Shown here: positions 37,687 to 46,520 of the stretch, piece after piece | Layout: the number at the start of each line of letters is the position of its first letter | How positions within the stretch are numbered: position 1 is the stretch's first letter | Source: Acidimicrobiia bacterium | GTDB lineage: Bacteria > Actinomycetota > Acidimicrobiia > Spongiisociales > SHLN01 | NCBI GenBank assembly: GCA_041619515.1 | Contig: JBFKDW010000002.1 | Coordinates: 53,369-117,368, forward strand | Length of the DNA: 64,000 nucleotides | Reading direction: 5' to 3' | The notes under the pieces: model-generated | What the model was told of the DNA's origin: nothing | Database searches by the model: none | What the model saw: only the letters and a program-made list of their open reading frames with translations | Position numbers and translations under genes: made by a program

Positions 37687-40154
37687 CGAGCGAATACACC
37701 GCACACGGAGCCATCGACCGAGCCCGTCAATTGGTCCGGAAGATCCTCCGTAACGCGCGCGATAAGAACAAGTGGCGGAAGGTGGTCAAAGTCCGGTTGT
37801 GGATGCCCATCGCGCTGCAGATGGTGCTCATCCTCGGCGTCCTCTGGTACACCAACACTCGCTTCGACGGATTCCTCAACGCCGCCAACCTCACCAGCGT
37901 CCTCATCATCGCCATTCCCCTGGCGATAGCGGCGTTTGCCCAAACCCACGCGCTCCTGGTCGGCTATCTGGACCTGTCGGTCGGAGCCATGATCAGCCTC
38001 GGGGTGGTGATCGCCTCATTCCTCATCGTTCCCGATTCATCCACACCGGAAATCCTCCTCGGCATCGGTGCCATCCTCCTGTGCGGGGCGGGCGTGGGAC
38101 TGGTCAACGCCACGCTGGTGCGCGGGGTGAAGATCCCATCGATCATCGCCACTCTGGCGACCTTGAGCATTCTCGACGGCATCTCCCTCACGCTGCGCGA
38201 GACGCCGAGCGGCACCATCGATCCGGACTTCGTCTCCTGGCTCAAGGCCAGTGTCGGGCCGGTTCCGGTTGCCTTCATCGCCGTGGCGGTGGGCGCAATC
38301 CTGCTCGACTACTGGCTCCATGCCAGCCGCTCCGGTCTCAAGGTCCGGGCCACCGGTTTCGACGAGCGATCGGCCAAGCGCAGCGGCGTCTGGACCAACT
38401 GGATACGCGTGCGCGCCCTGCTGCTGTCGGCCATGTTGGCTGCGATCGCCTCTTTCTTCGTCATGTCCCGGTCGCCGGTCGGAAACGCCCAGATCGGCTC
38501 CAGCTTCGCGCTCAACAGCATCACGGCAGCGGTCCTCGGTGGTGCCTCCTTCCTGGGCGGGCGGGCCACCTTCATTGGTGCACTGACTGCCTCTGTGCTT
38601 CTGGCGCTGATCATCACCGTTCTGCCGTTCCTCGGCCTCACCCCCGACCACGGCCTGATGATCATCGGCATTCTGGTGCTGCTCGGGATCATCCTCTTCC
38701 AGGTGGGCGACATCAAGGAGCTGGTGAAGCGAAATTTCCGACGAGCGCGGCGTCTGGTGCAGGGCAGCAACGTGGCAGCCCAGGCGCGCCTGCCGGAGTT
38801 GTATCCGGCGGGCAACGACTTCAGTGTGGTGCCCTCCGGGAGAAAGCTCATCCGGGGTGGCGTGGTGCTCTCCCTGGATCCGGACGTGGGGGATCTCTCC
38901 GAGGGTGACGTTCTCATCGAAGGGGACAAGATCGTCGCGGTCGGACCCGGCCTGGCAGCCGGCGACGCCGAGTTGATCGACGCGTCGGGGATGATCGTCA
39001 TGCCCGGATTCGTCGACAGCCACCGCCACATCTGGGAAGGCATCCTCCGCAACATCGGGACCGATGTTCCGCTCGAAGGCAGGACCAGCTACATCTCGTT
39101 CATCCTCCGCACGCTGGCGCCGGTGTACCGACCGGAGGACGTCTACGCCGGGAACATGGTTTCCGCCCTCGGTGCCATCGATGCGGGCGTCACCACCCTC
39201 CTCGATTGGTCGCATATTCAGTCCTCACCGAGCCACACCGATGCCGGGATCCAGGCCCTGCGGGATTCCGGCCTGCGAGCCGTGTTCGCCTACGGATTTC
39301 CGTGGTGGGGGAAATGGGAAGAGCGCCAGCCCAGTTGGTTCGTCAGGGCTGCCAGCGAACACTTCTCCAGCAAGGACCAGATGCTCACCCTGGCGCTGGC
39401 GGCACCCGGTCCCGAATTCACCGACTTCGAGGTGGCTCGTGATCATTGGAAGCTCGCCCGCGAGACCGGGGCGCGCATCACTGCTCATGTCGGGGTCGGA
39501 ACCTATGGCCTCGACGCCAAGATCCAACGGTTCGGCGAGGCCGGCCTCCTCGGCCCGGACACGACCTACATCCACTGCACGAGTCTCAACGACACCGAGA
39601 TCCAGATGGTTGTCGACACCGGCGGCACGGTTTCGCTGGCCTCTCCCGTGGAAATGATGATGGGTCACGGTATGCCGCCCATCCAGAAGTTCCTCGACCG
39701 GGGGCTCCGACCCAGTCTCAGCATCGACGTCGAAACCAACGTGCCGAGCGACATGTTCAATCAGATGAGGTCGGTCCTGGCGCTGCAGCGGGCGCTGGTA
39801 TCCGACGACGGGAAGCCGCCGGTAGCTCCCCGGGAGGTTTTGGGCTGGGCCACCGTTGAGGGGGCGCGTGCCAACGGTCTCGTGGACAAGGTCGGAAGCC
39901 TTACTCCCGGCAAGCAAGCCGACCTCATCATGCTGCGCTCCGATCGAATCAACGTCACTCCGCTCAATGACCCGGCCACGGCGGTGGTGGCGAGCATGGA
40001 CACCAGCAATGTGGACAGCGTCCTGATTGCGGGGAGGGTCATGAAACGACACGGGAAGCTTCTCCACGTCGATTGGCCCGCCGTGAGGCGGATGGCGCTC
40101 GAGTCCCGGGACTACGTCGTCGCCAAGTCGGGTTTCAAGCTCCCGAAGATCTGA
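37683..40154 (+). CDS. Fusion protein: CUT2 ABC permease (N-terminal, about 350 aa) plus amidohydrolase paralogous to 32297..33613 (C-terminal, about 440 aa). TTG start at 37683 or ATG at 37803
   Basis: Single uninterrupted 823-codon frame. Permease TM region ends near KRNFRRARRL. A linker of about 30 aa follows, then the amidohydrolase domain with GFVDSHRHIW. Confidence 0.7.
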   Translation: MTSEYTAHGAIDRARQLVRKILRNARDKNKWRKVVKVRLWMPIALQMVLILGVLWYTNTRFDGFLNAANLTSVLIIAIPLAIAAFAQTHALLVGYLDLSVGAMISLGVVIASFLIVPDSSTPEILLGIGAILLCGAGVGLVNATLVRGVKIPSIIATLATLSILDGISLTLRETPSGTIDPDFVSWLKASVGPVPVAFIAVAVGAILLDYWLHASRSGLKVRATGFDERSAKRSGVWTNWIRVRALLLSAMLAAIASFFVMSRSPVGNAQIGSSFALNSITAAVLGGASFLGGRATFIGALTASVLLALIITVLPFLGLTPDHGLMIIGILVLLGIILFQVGDIKELVKRNFRRARRLVQGSNVAAQARLPELYPAGNDFSVVPSGRKLIRGGVVLSLDPDVGDLSEGDVLIEGDKIVAVGPGLAAGDAELIDASGMIVMPGFVDSHRHIWEGILRNIGTDVPLEGRTSYISFILRTLAPVYRPEDVYAGNMVSALGAIDAGVTTLLDWSHIQSSPSHTDAGIQALRDSGLRAVFAYGFPWWGKWEERQPSWFVRAASEHFSSKDQMLTLALAAPGPEFTDFEVARDHWKLARETGARITAHVGVGTYGLDAKIQRFGEAGLLGPDTTYIHCTSLNDTEIQMVVDTGGTVSLASPVEMMMGHGMPPIQKFLDRGLRPSLSIDVETNVPSDMFNQMRSVLALQRALVSDDGKPPVAPREVLGWATVEGARANGLVDKVGSLTPGKQADLIMLRSDRINVTPLNDPATAVVASMDTSNVDSVLIAGRVMKRHGKLLHVDWPAVRRMALESRDYVVAKSGFKLPKI

Positions 40155-40167
40155 TCTTCGCCCGCTT

Positions 40168-41307
40168 CTAGCCGAGCTTCTCCCTGATCCAGGCGAACGA
40201 CGCCGGCCCCCACTCCGGCTGATACTTGAAGGCGCAATGGCCGGCGTCGGCGTACACACGGGCTTCCCGTCCCGTCGGCGGCCCATGCTCGAACATGAAG
40301 TAGATGTTGCCGATCGGCGCCAGGTGGTCGAGCTTGCCGTTGATCATGAGCACCGGCTGGGTGATGTTGTCGAGAACCCCGAGCTCCGACAAGGCCCACT
40401 TCGAGAAGACCTCCGCCTCCTTCTCCCGCGACCAGGCAGGGAATGAGGGCGGCCCCCCGGGCTCACCGAAGACGAACGTTGCCCGCTTGTTGCGCGCCTC
40501 GACGAAGGCATCGAGCTCTTCATCGGTCATGCGGTAGCCGAACGGATGGCCGGCAATGGCGACGACCGCCCGCACCTTTTCCGGGTACGTGCCCGCCAGT
40601 TGCATGACCGAATACCCGCCCCGGCTGATGCCGAAGGCGGCGATCCTGGCAGCGTCGACCTCAGGCCGTCCGGCCAGGAAATCGACGGCCGCCATCCATG
40701 CTTTCACCGAGTCGGGATCCCACGGGAACGGGTTCTCCCCGGTTCCCGGACCATCCATCACGAGCGACGCCAGGCCATGCTCGAGCGCAAGCTCCCCCGC
40801 CCAGCCCCGGTCTTCCTTGAACACGTCGGCGCCACACATGATGAGCACCGCCGGGGCGGGATCGTCGGCCCCCGCACCCTGTGGTGCTCGGAAGTGGGCC
40901 CTGATCGGTCGCCCGTCGCATTCGACCTCCACGACCTCCAAGGGCGGATCGAGATACCGGCAGGCCTTGCGATAGGCCTCGGCACACTGCGCGCTGATCT
41001 CGGCTTTGCGAGGCGTGATCTCCCCCGGGAATCGCCCGATGGCGTAGTAGGTCTTGGCCTGCAAGTACTCCCGGCGGGCGCCTTCCCCGTCTCCGGCCGC
41101 GTCGAGCCGATCACCCGCCTCTTCGTGACGGCGTCCGGCTGCCCGCCATACCGGAACCCACTTGTCATCGGTGGTTGCCTCCAGCGTCGCCACGATCGTC
41201 TCGAGCTCGGAAAGGTCGTCGATCATCGATAACCAGCGCCGGTAGAAGCCCCCGTGCTCGACGACGAACGGGTCTTCGCTGGGCGTGAAGCCGAGTGCGG
41301 TGCTCAT
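40168..41307 (-). CDS. Alpha/beta hydrolase (FrsA/dienelactone-hydrolase-like esterase)
   Basis: Nucleophile elbow GISRGG and a C-terminal His. 379 aa. Confidence 0.7.
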   Translation of the reverse strand: MSTALGFTPSEDPFVVEHGGFYRRWLSMIDDLSELETIVATLEATTDDKWVPVWRAAGRRHEEAGDRLDAAGDGEGARREYLQAKTYYAIGRFPGEITPRKAEISAQCAEAYRKACRYLDPPLEVVEVECDGRPIRAHFRAPQGAGADDPAPAVLIMCGADVFKEDRGWAGELALEHGLASLVMDGPGTGENPFPWDPDSVKAWMAAVDFLAGRPEVDAARIAAFGISRGGYSVMQLAGTYPEKVRAVVAIAGHPFGYRMTDEELDAFVEARNKRATFVFGEPGGPPSFPAWSREKEAEVFSKWALSELGVLDNITQPVLMINGKLDHLAPIGNIYFMFEHGPPTGREARVYADAGHCAFKYQPEWGPASFAWIREKLG

Positions 41308-42533
41308 GAAACCTCCCGTGAGCGCTGCGCCAGCCTACGCCCCCGTGTCGAGGGAGAAGCCGCCGCGGCCATCCGGGCGTCGAGCCCACGGTCGGGCTCG
41401 AGGATGTAGACACCGCCGTTGACCCGGTCGGTCACATAGACGAGGTGGTTCTCACCCACCCACACGTCGTTCACCTGAACCGCGGCTTGATCCGGTGGGC
41501 AGGCGGGAATGTACGAGGCGATTTCGACCGGGGCGACCGGATCGGCCAGGTCGTAGACGCGCAAGCCGGCATTGAAATACGTTGCGAACACCAGCTCGGT
41601 GCTGCGATAGCTGCCGGGGCGATTCTCGTGCAGGCAGTGCGCTCCGAACCGAAGCCCCCGATCGCAATAATCACCCACCGGCGGCGGACAGATTGCCACC
41701 ACCCGGGGATTCCGTTCGTCCGCAACGTCCACCACTCGCACCATGTGGGGGGGCCCCTCGCACCCATCCGTCGTGGCTTCGTCGGTCACCACGACGAGAT
41801 CCCGGCCGGCGAGGGGGAGGCACGTGTGGGTCTCGCCACCCTCATCCCAGTTGAGGTGCGCCACGACCGCCGGCTCTGTCACGTTGGCGATATCGAGAAT
41901 CACCAAGCCCCCGTCCCAGAGCCCGACGTAGGCGCGGTCGCCGGCGACCATGGCATGGTGGGTGCTCCAATTCTCACCGGCCGGCCAGGCCGGGGTTTCG
42001 CCGCCAGCCGTCCACTGTCCGGGCCACCACCACCGCCCCACCTCGGTCGGCTGCGACGGGTCGTCCAGATCGATGATGATCCAGATCCGGCCCGTGAAGC
42101 CGTCGGGTGTGGCCGAGAGATAGGCATACCGCCCTCCTTCGTACACGATCCGATGCACACCGCGACCCGTCGACGCCCAGAACCCCACCTGCCGAGGATC
42201 GAAGGGGTCCGACAGGTCGTAGACGGCGAGGCCGGCGGACCACGGCAGGTCGCTGCGAAATCGCTCGTGGTTGATGAGCAGGAGCCCGTCGGCCACCTGC
42301 ACCTTGTGCGTATGGCTGTTGGGGGGCGCCGGCCACTGTCGCACCACCTGCGGAGAGCTCGGGTCGGCCACATCGAGGATCGAGGTACCCATGCCGCTGG
42401 TCCCGAAGTGCCCGACGTAGAGCACGTCGCCCGTTCGCATGAGCTGCATGCCGTCGCCGAATCCGCCCAGGTCCGAGCTTCCGACGAGTCGAAATCCCTC
42501 TGCTTCTTCGCCGTGCATAGGGCTTGTTACCAC
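41304..42533 (-). CDS. LVIVD-repeat / beta-propeller protein (start GTG at 42533 or ATG at 42518)
   Basis: Repeated hydrophobic-VxD segments (YVTDRVNGGVYIL, LVVVTDE, MVRVVDVAD). Confidence 0.5.
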   Translation of the reverse strand: MVTSPMHGEEAEGFRLVGSSDLGGFGDGMQLMRTGDVLYVGHFGTSGMGTSILDVADPSSPQVVRQWPAPPNSHTHKVQVADGLLLINHERFRSDLPWSAGLAVYDLSDPFDPRQVGFWASTGRGVHRIVYEGGRYAYLSATPDGFTGRIWIIIDLDDPSQPTEVGRWWWPGQWTAGGETPAWPAGENWSTHHAMVAGDRAYVGLWDGGLVILDIANVTEPAVVAHLNWDEGGETHTCLPLAGRDLVVVTDEATTDGCEGPPHMVRVVDVADERNPRVVAICPPPVGDYCDRGLRFGAHCLHENRPGSYRSTELVFATYFNAGLRVYDLADPVAPVEIASYIPACPPDQAAVQVNDVWVGENHLVYVTDRVNGGVYILEPDRGLDARMAAAASPSTRGRRLAQRSREVS

Positions 42534-42637
42534 GCCGCTCGGTCCGCCGGAAACCGACGCCCTCCCCGCCCCGGCCGACGAACATGCCTGGCTTCCAATT
42601 GACAGGGCTGATGGTTTTCCGTAAGTTCACTCGGACG

Positions 42638-42651
42638 TGCAATCGTTTGCG
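42638..42651. promoter_or_regulatory. LacI-type operator TGCAATCGTTTGCG upstream of the peptide ABC operon
   Basis: Same motif family. Lies about 70 nt upstream of the SBP start in a divergent intergenic region. Confidence 0.45.
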
Positions 42652-42721
42652 AAGGAGACACGGCTCGAGCAGATCGGGCTACCGGCATTCGAGACGGCCG
42701 GTTGACAACGGGAGGACAAGC

Positions 42722-44494
42722 ATGATGCGACGACGTTTCCAGACGGTTGGAGGTGGCTTCCTCGCCCTCGTACTGGCCCTGGCACTGGTAGCTGCCGCCT
42801 GCTCGAGCGACGACACATCCGATACCACCGGCGCCGGCCAAGGCACCACCACCACCCAGGCTGGTGGCGGCAACGGGGACGACACGACCACCACCACCCA
42901 GGGCGAAACGCCCGGTGGAGTCAACAACCCCGACGTCTTCGTGCATGCCGCCGACGATGAGCCGACCACGCTCGACCCGGCCCAGGTCGAGCCCGGTGAG
43001 GGTGGCGAGACGGTGATCCTCCAGGTCTACGAGCGGCTGCTCGAAATCGGAAACAGCGGGCCCGATCCCGTCCCCTCACTGGCAACCGAGGTCCCCTCCG
43101 TCGAAAACGGCCTCATTTCGGCCGATGGATTGACGTTCACCTTCCCCCTCCGCGAGGGTGTCACATTCCATGACGGAACTCCCTTCACGGCCGACGACGT
43201 CCTGTTCTCCTGGGACCGCGTCATGACAATGGACCTGCCCGACGGTGCCGCCGGCGTGCTCGCCGACACAGTCGACAGCATGCGCGTGGTCGACGACCTC
43301 ACGTTCGAAGTCACCCTGCAGGAGCCCAACGCCGCCTTCCTCAACGCGGTTGTGCCGGCGATGGTCTCCTCCATCGTGAGCCAGGATGCGGTCGAAGCCA
43401 ACGGTGGCGTAGCGGCCGGGGAGTTCAACGAGTTCATGTCCGGCAACCCGGTCGGCACCGGACCGTATCAGTTCGTGGCTTGGAACCGGGGGGAGGATCT
43501 TCAGTTCGAGGTGTACGACGGATACTGGGGAACCCCCGCCAATCTCGATCTCCGGATCGAGATCGGGGCGAGTCCCGATATCCGGGTGCTCGGTCTCCGG
43601 GCCGGTGATTACGACACCATCGAAGCCGATCCTTCTTTCATCGGCGACGTCGAAGGGGCCGAAGGCGTGACCGTCGACGGCGAGGGCCTCACCGTCGAGC
43701 CGATTCACATCGGGTTCAACCTGAAGTTCAATCCCGAAGATCTTCCCGACAGCGACAACATTCCGGCCGGCTTCTTCAACGATCCGAGGGTGCGGCAGGC
43801 GTTCAACTACGCGTTCAACTACGACGCCTTCGTGAACAGCGCACTGGGTGGATATGGGGACTTCAACCCCCACTACATCCCGATCGGGATCTTCGGGTAC
43901 GACCCGACGGCGCCCGTCTACAACCAGCAGGACCTTGCGAAGGCCGAGGAGCTGTTTCGGGCAGCCGGGGTGTGGGATACCGGGTTCTCGATTTCGGTGG
44001 TAACCGAGGAAGCCAACCTGTTCGAGGTTGCGGCCCTGGTGCTGAAGGACTCGATCGACGATCTCAACAACCCCAACTTCGAGATCATCGTGGCGGCGGT
44101 AGCCGAGGCGGTGTTCGACGACGCCCATGCCTCCGATCCGGTCCCGTACGCCATGTGGGTCAAGAACGCAGACCCGTTTGCAGACCCGAGTGCCTACCTG
44201 GATTCGTACGCGCTGCCCGACGGCGAGTGGGGCGAGATCCACGACTTCCGGTCGGGATACCAGGATCCGGACCGGATTCAGTCCCTCATCGACAGCGCTC
44301 GCGTGGAGCTGGACCCGGACGCCCGCGCCGTGATCCTCGCCGAAGTGCAGCGGGAGCTGTTCGAGGATCCGATGTGGCTCATCGCCGCCCAGGAGGGTGT
44401 GGTCTCGGCCCGTCGCGATTGGGTGCAGGGCTACATCTCGAATCCGCTCTGGCCGCGGCCGAGCATCAAGTTCGCTCTGCTGGACAAGGGGTAA
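42722..44494 (+). CDS. ABC transporter substrate-binding lipoprotein, family 5 (peptide/nickel/opine DppA/OppA-like)
   Basis: SD GGGAGGA before the ATG at 42722. Signal peptide with lipobox VAAAC and a Thr/Gly linker. Large SBP_bac_5-like body. Confidence 0.8.
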   Translation: MMRRRFQTVGGGFLALVLALALVAAACSSDDTSDTTGAGQGTTTTQAGGGNGDDTTTTTQGETPGGVNNPDVFVHAADDEPTTLDPAQVEPGEGGETVILQVYERLLEIGNSGPDPVPSLATEVPSVENGLISADGLTFTFPLREGVTFHDGTPFTADDVLFSWDRVMTMDLPDGAAGVLADTVDSMRVVDDLTFEVTLQEPNAAFLNAVVPAMVSSIVSQDAVEANGGVAAGEFNEFMSGNPVGTGPYQFVAWNRGEDLQFEVYDGYWGTPANLDLRIEIGASPDIRVLGLRAGDYDTIEADPSFIGDVEGAEGVTVDGEGLTVEPIHIGFNLKFNPEDLPDSDNIPAGFFNDPRVRQAFNYAFNYDAFVNSALGGYGDFNPHYIPIGIFGYDPTAPVYNQQDLAKAEELFRAAGVWDTGFSISVVTEEANLFEVAALVLKDSIDDLNNPNFEIIVAAVAEAVFDDAHASDPVPYAMWVKNADPFADPSAYLDSYALPDGEWGEIHDFRSGYQDPDRIQSLIDSARVELDPDARAVILAEVQRELFEDPMWLIAAQEGVVSARRDWVQGYISNPLWPRPSIKFALLDKG

Positions 44495-44577
44495 CAAGGG
44501 CACAAGCTGCCCGACGCGGCCTCCGGTTCCCCGGGGGCCGCGTCGTAGCAGCCACGATCCGCTAAACAAGGCGAGCC

Positions 44578-45591
44578 ATGCAGATTCGGGACTACATCAT
44601 CCGGCGCCTCATGGTCCTACCGGTGCTCATCATCGGAGTATCCATCATCGTGTTCGCCCTCACCCGGGTCGGCGGAACTCCGATTGGTGTCTACCTGCAA
44701 ACCGGAATGACCCAGGAGGAGGTCGCTCAACTCGAGGAGCGCTATCGCCTCAACGACCCGCTACCGGTGCAGTACGTCTACTGGGCTTCGGGTGTCTTGA
44801 CGGGTGATCTCGGCTGGTCGGGAGTGGCTGCGGCTCCCGTGACCGAGGTATTCCTCCCCAAGCTGGCCGCCACCATGGAGTTGGCGGTCTCCTCTGCCAT
44901 CGTCGCCGTGGTCTTGGGCGTTGCGCTCGGAACGTTCGCCGGGGCGAGACGGAACAGGCTTCCGGACCACATCACGCGGATTTTCTCGATCAGCGGCGCC
45001 GCCATGCCCCTCTTCTGGTTCGCCATCCTGTTGTTGATTGTGTTCTGGGTGAACCTCGGCTGGTTTCCGATCGGCCGGAGCACGCCGGAGATCTTCGCCC
45101 GGATCGATCACCCAACCAACCTGTACACCGTCGACTCGCTCATCGCCGGTGATTTCGGAGCATTCAAGGATGCCATCTGGCACCTCATCCTGCCGGCGCT
45201 CACCCTCGGCTACGGCGCCACCGCCATCATCGCCCGCATGATGCGCTCATCGCTGGTCGAGGAGTTGCAGGAGGACTACGTCGATGCCGCCCGGGCCAAA
45301 GGTCTGCCGGAGCGCCTGGTGCTGCGTCGCCATGCACGGCGAAATGCCCTGATCCCGACGGTAACGGTGATCGGATTGAGCTTCGGGTTCCTGCTCCAGG
45401 GAAGCGTGGTGGCCGAGATCATCTTCCGCTGGCCGGGGCTGGGGCGATGGATGGCCGACTCGGTCCTGCGTGGTGACCAGGCAACGATCATGACCTACGT
45501 CCTGTTCACCTCCATCCTCTTCCTGGTCGTGAACCTGTTCGTCGACGTCATCTACGCCTACCTCGACCGCCGCGTCGTGCTGGGGGAATAG
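44578..45591 (+). CDS. Peptide-type ABC transporter permease (DppB/OppB-like)
   Basis: BPD_transp_1 core with N-terminal IRRLMVLPVLIIGVSIIVF. Confidence 0.85.
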   Translation: MQIRDYIIRRLMVLPVLIIGVSIIVFALTRVGGTPIGVYLQTGMTQEEVAQLEERYRLNDPLPVQYVYWASGVLTGDLGWSGVAAAPVTEVFLPKLAATMELAVSSAIVAVVLGVALGTFAGARRNRLPDHITRIFSISGAAMPLFWFAILLLIVFWVNLGWFPIGRSTPEIFARIDHPTNLYTVDSLIAGDFGAFKDAIWHLILPALTLGYGATAIIARMMRSSLVEELQEDYVDAARAKGLPERLVLRRHARRNALIPTVTVIGLSFGFLLQGSVVAEIIFRWPGLGRWMADSVLRGDQATIMTYVLFTSILFLVVNLFVDVIYAYLDRRVVLGE

Positions 45592-45593
45592 AC

Positions 45594-46520
45594 ATGGTCG
45601 ACGTATCAGCCCCCGCCCCGACGACCATGGTCGCCGATTCCGCCTGGCGGGTCCGGGCACGGCGTGCCGGTGAGCTGACCCTCTCGCTGCTCAAGAACCC
45701 AACCACGGTTGCCGGTCTCGTGTTCATCGTCCTGCTGCTCGGAATGGCGGTGTTTGCCCCAATCATCACCGAGCCCAACACACCCGACCCCTACCAGATG
45801 CCTCGGGACTGGGACGCCCTGGCGGTGCCACCCGGCTCACCCGGGCACATACTGGGCACGACGAACGTGGGCGGCGACGTCCTCTACGGCGTCGTGTGGG
45901 GAGCCCGGACCTCGCTCCGGCTCTCGGTCATCGTGGTTTCGCTCACGGTGCTCATCGGCGTGACGGTCGGAAGCATCGCCGGATTCCGGGGCGGGAAGAT
46001 CGACGAGATCCTCATGCGCATCGTCGACGTGTTCCTGTCGATCCCCGAGCTCATCTTTGCCCTCGCCATCGCGGCGGTGCTGGGACCGTCGTTCCGCAAC
46101 ATCATTCTGGCGCTGGCAGTGGTCTTCTGGGTGAAGTATGCCCGCATCATGCGGGCTCAGATCATCCATGTGAAGGAGAACGAGTACGTGGATGCCGCCC
46201 GCGTGATCGGCGATTCATCGTGGCGGATATACCTGAAAGACGTCCTGCCCAACTCCATCACGCCCGTCATCGTGCAGGCAACCCTCGACATGGGAAACAT
46301 CGTTCTCGTGGGCGCCACCCTCAGCTTCATCGGCCTGTCGGAAGCGGGCATCGCCGAATGGGGAGTGCTTGTCTCCGAGGGGCAGGCCGGCATATCGGCC
46401 GGGCGGTGGTGGTCCTCCACGTTCCCGGGCATGATGGTGTTCCTCTGGGCCCTGGGATTCAACCTCTTTGGTGACGGCCTGCGCGACGTTCTCGACCCAC
46501 GGACCGAGACCTCACGATGA
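45594..46520 (+). CDS. Peptide-type ABC transporter permease (DppC/OppC-like)
   Basis: OppC N-terminal region plus BPD_transp_1 core. Confidence 0.85.
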   Translation: MVDVSAPAPTTMVADSAWRVRARRAGELTLSLLKNPTTVAGLVFIVLLLGMAVFAPIITEPNTPDPYQMPRDWDALAVPPGSPGHILGTTNVGGDVLYGVVWGARTSLRLSVIVVSLTVLIGVTVGSIAGFRGGKIDEILMRIVDVFLSIPELIFALAIAAVLGPSFRNIILALAVVFWVKYARIMRAQIIHVKENEYVDAARVIGDSSWRIYLKDVLPNSITPVIVQATLDMGNIVLVGATLSFIGLSEAGIAEWGVLVSEGQAGISAGRWWSSTFPGMMVFLWALGFNLFGDGLRDVLDPRTETSR

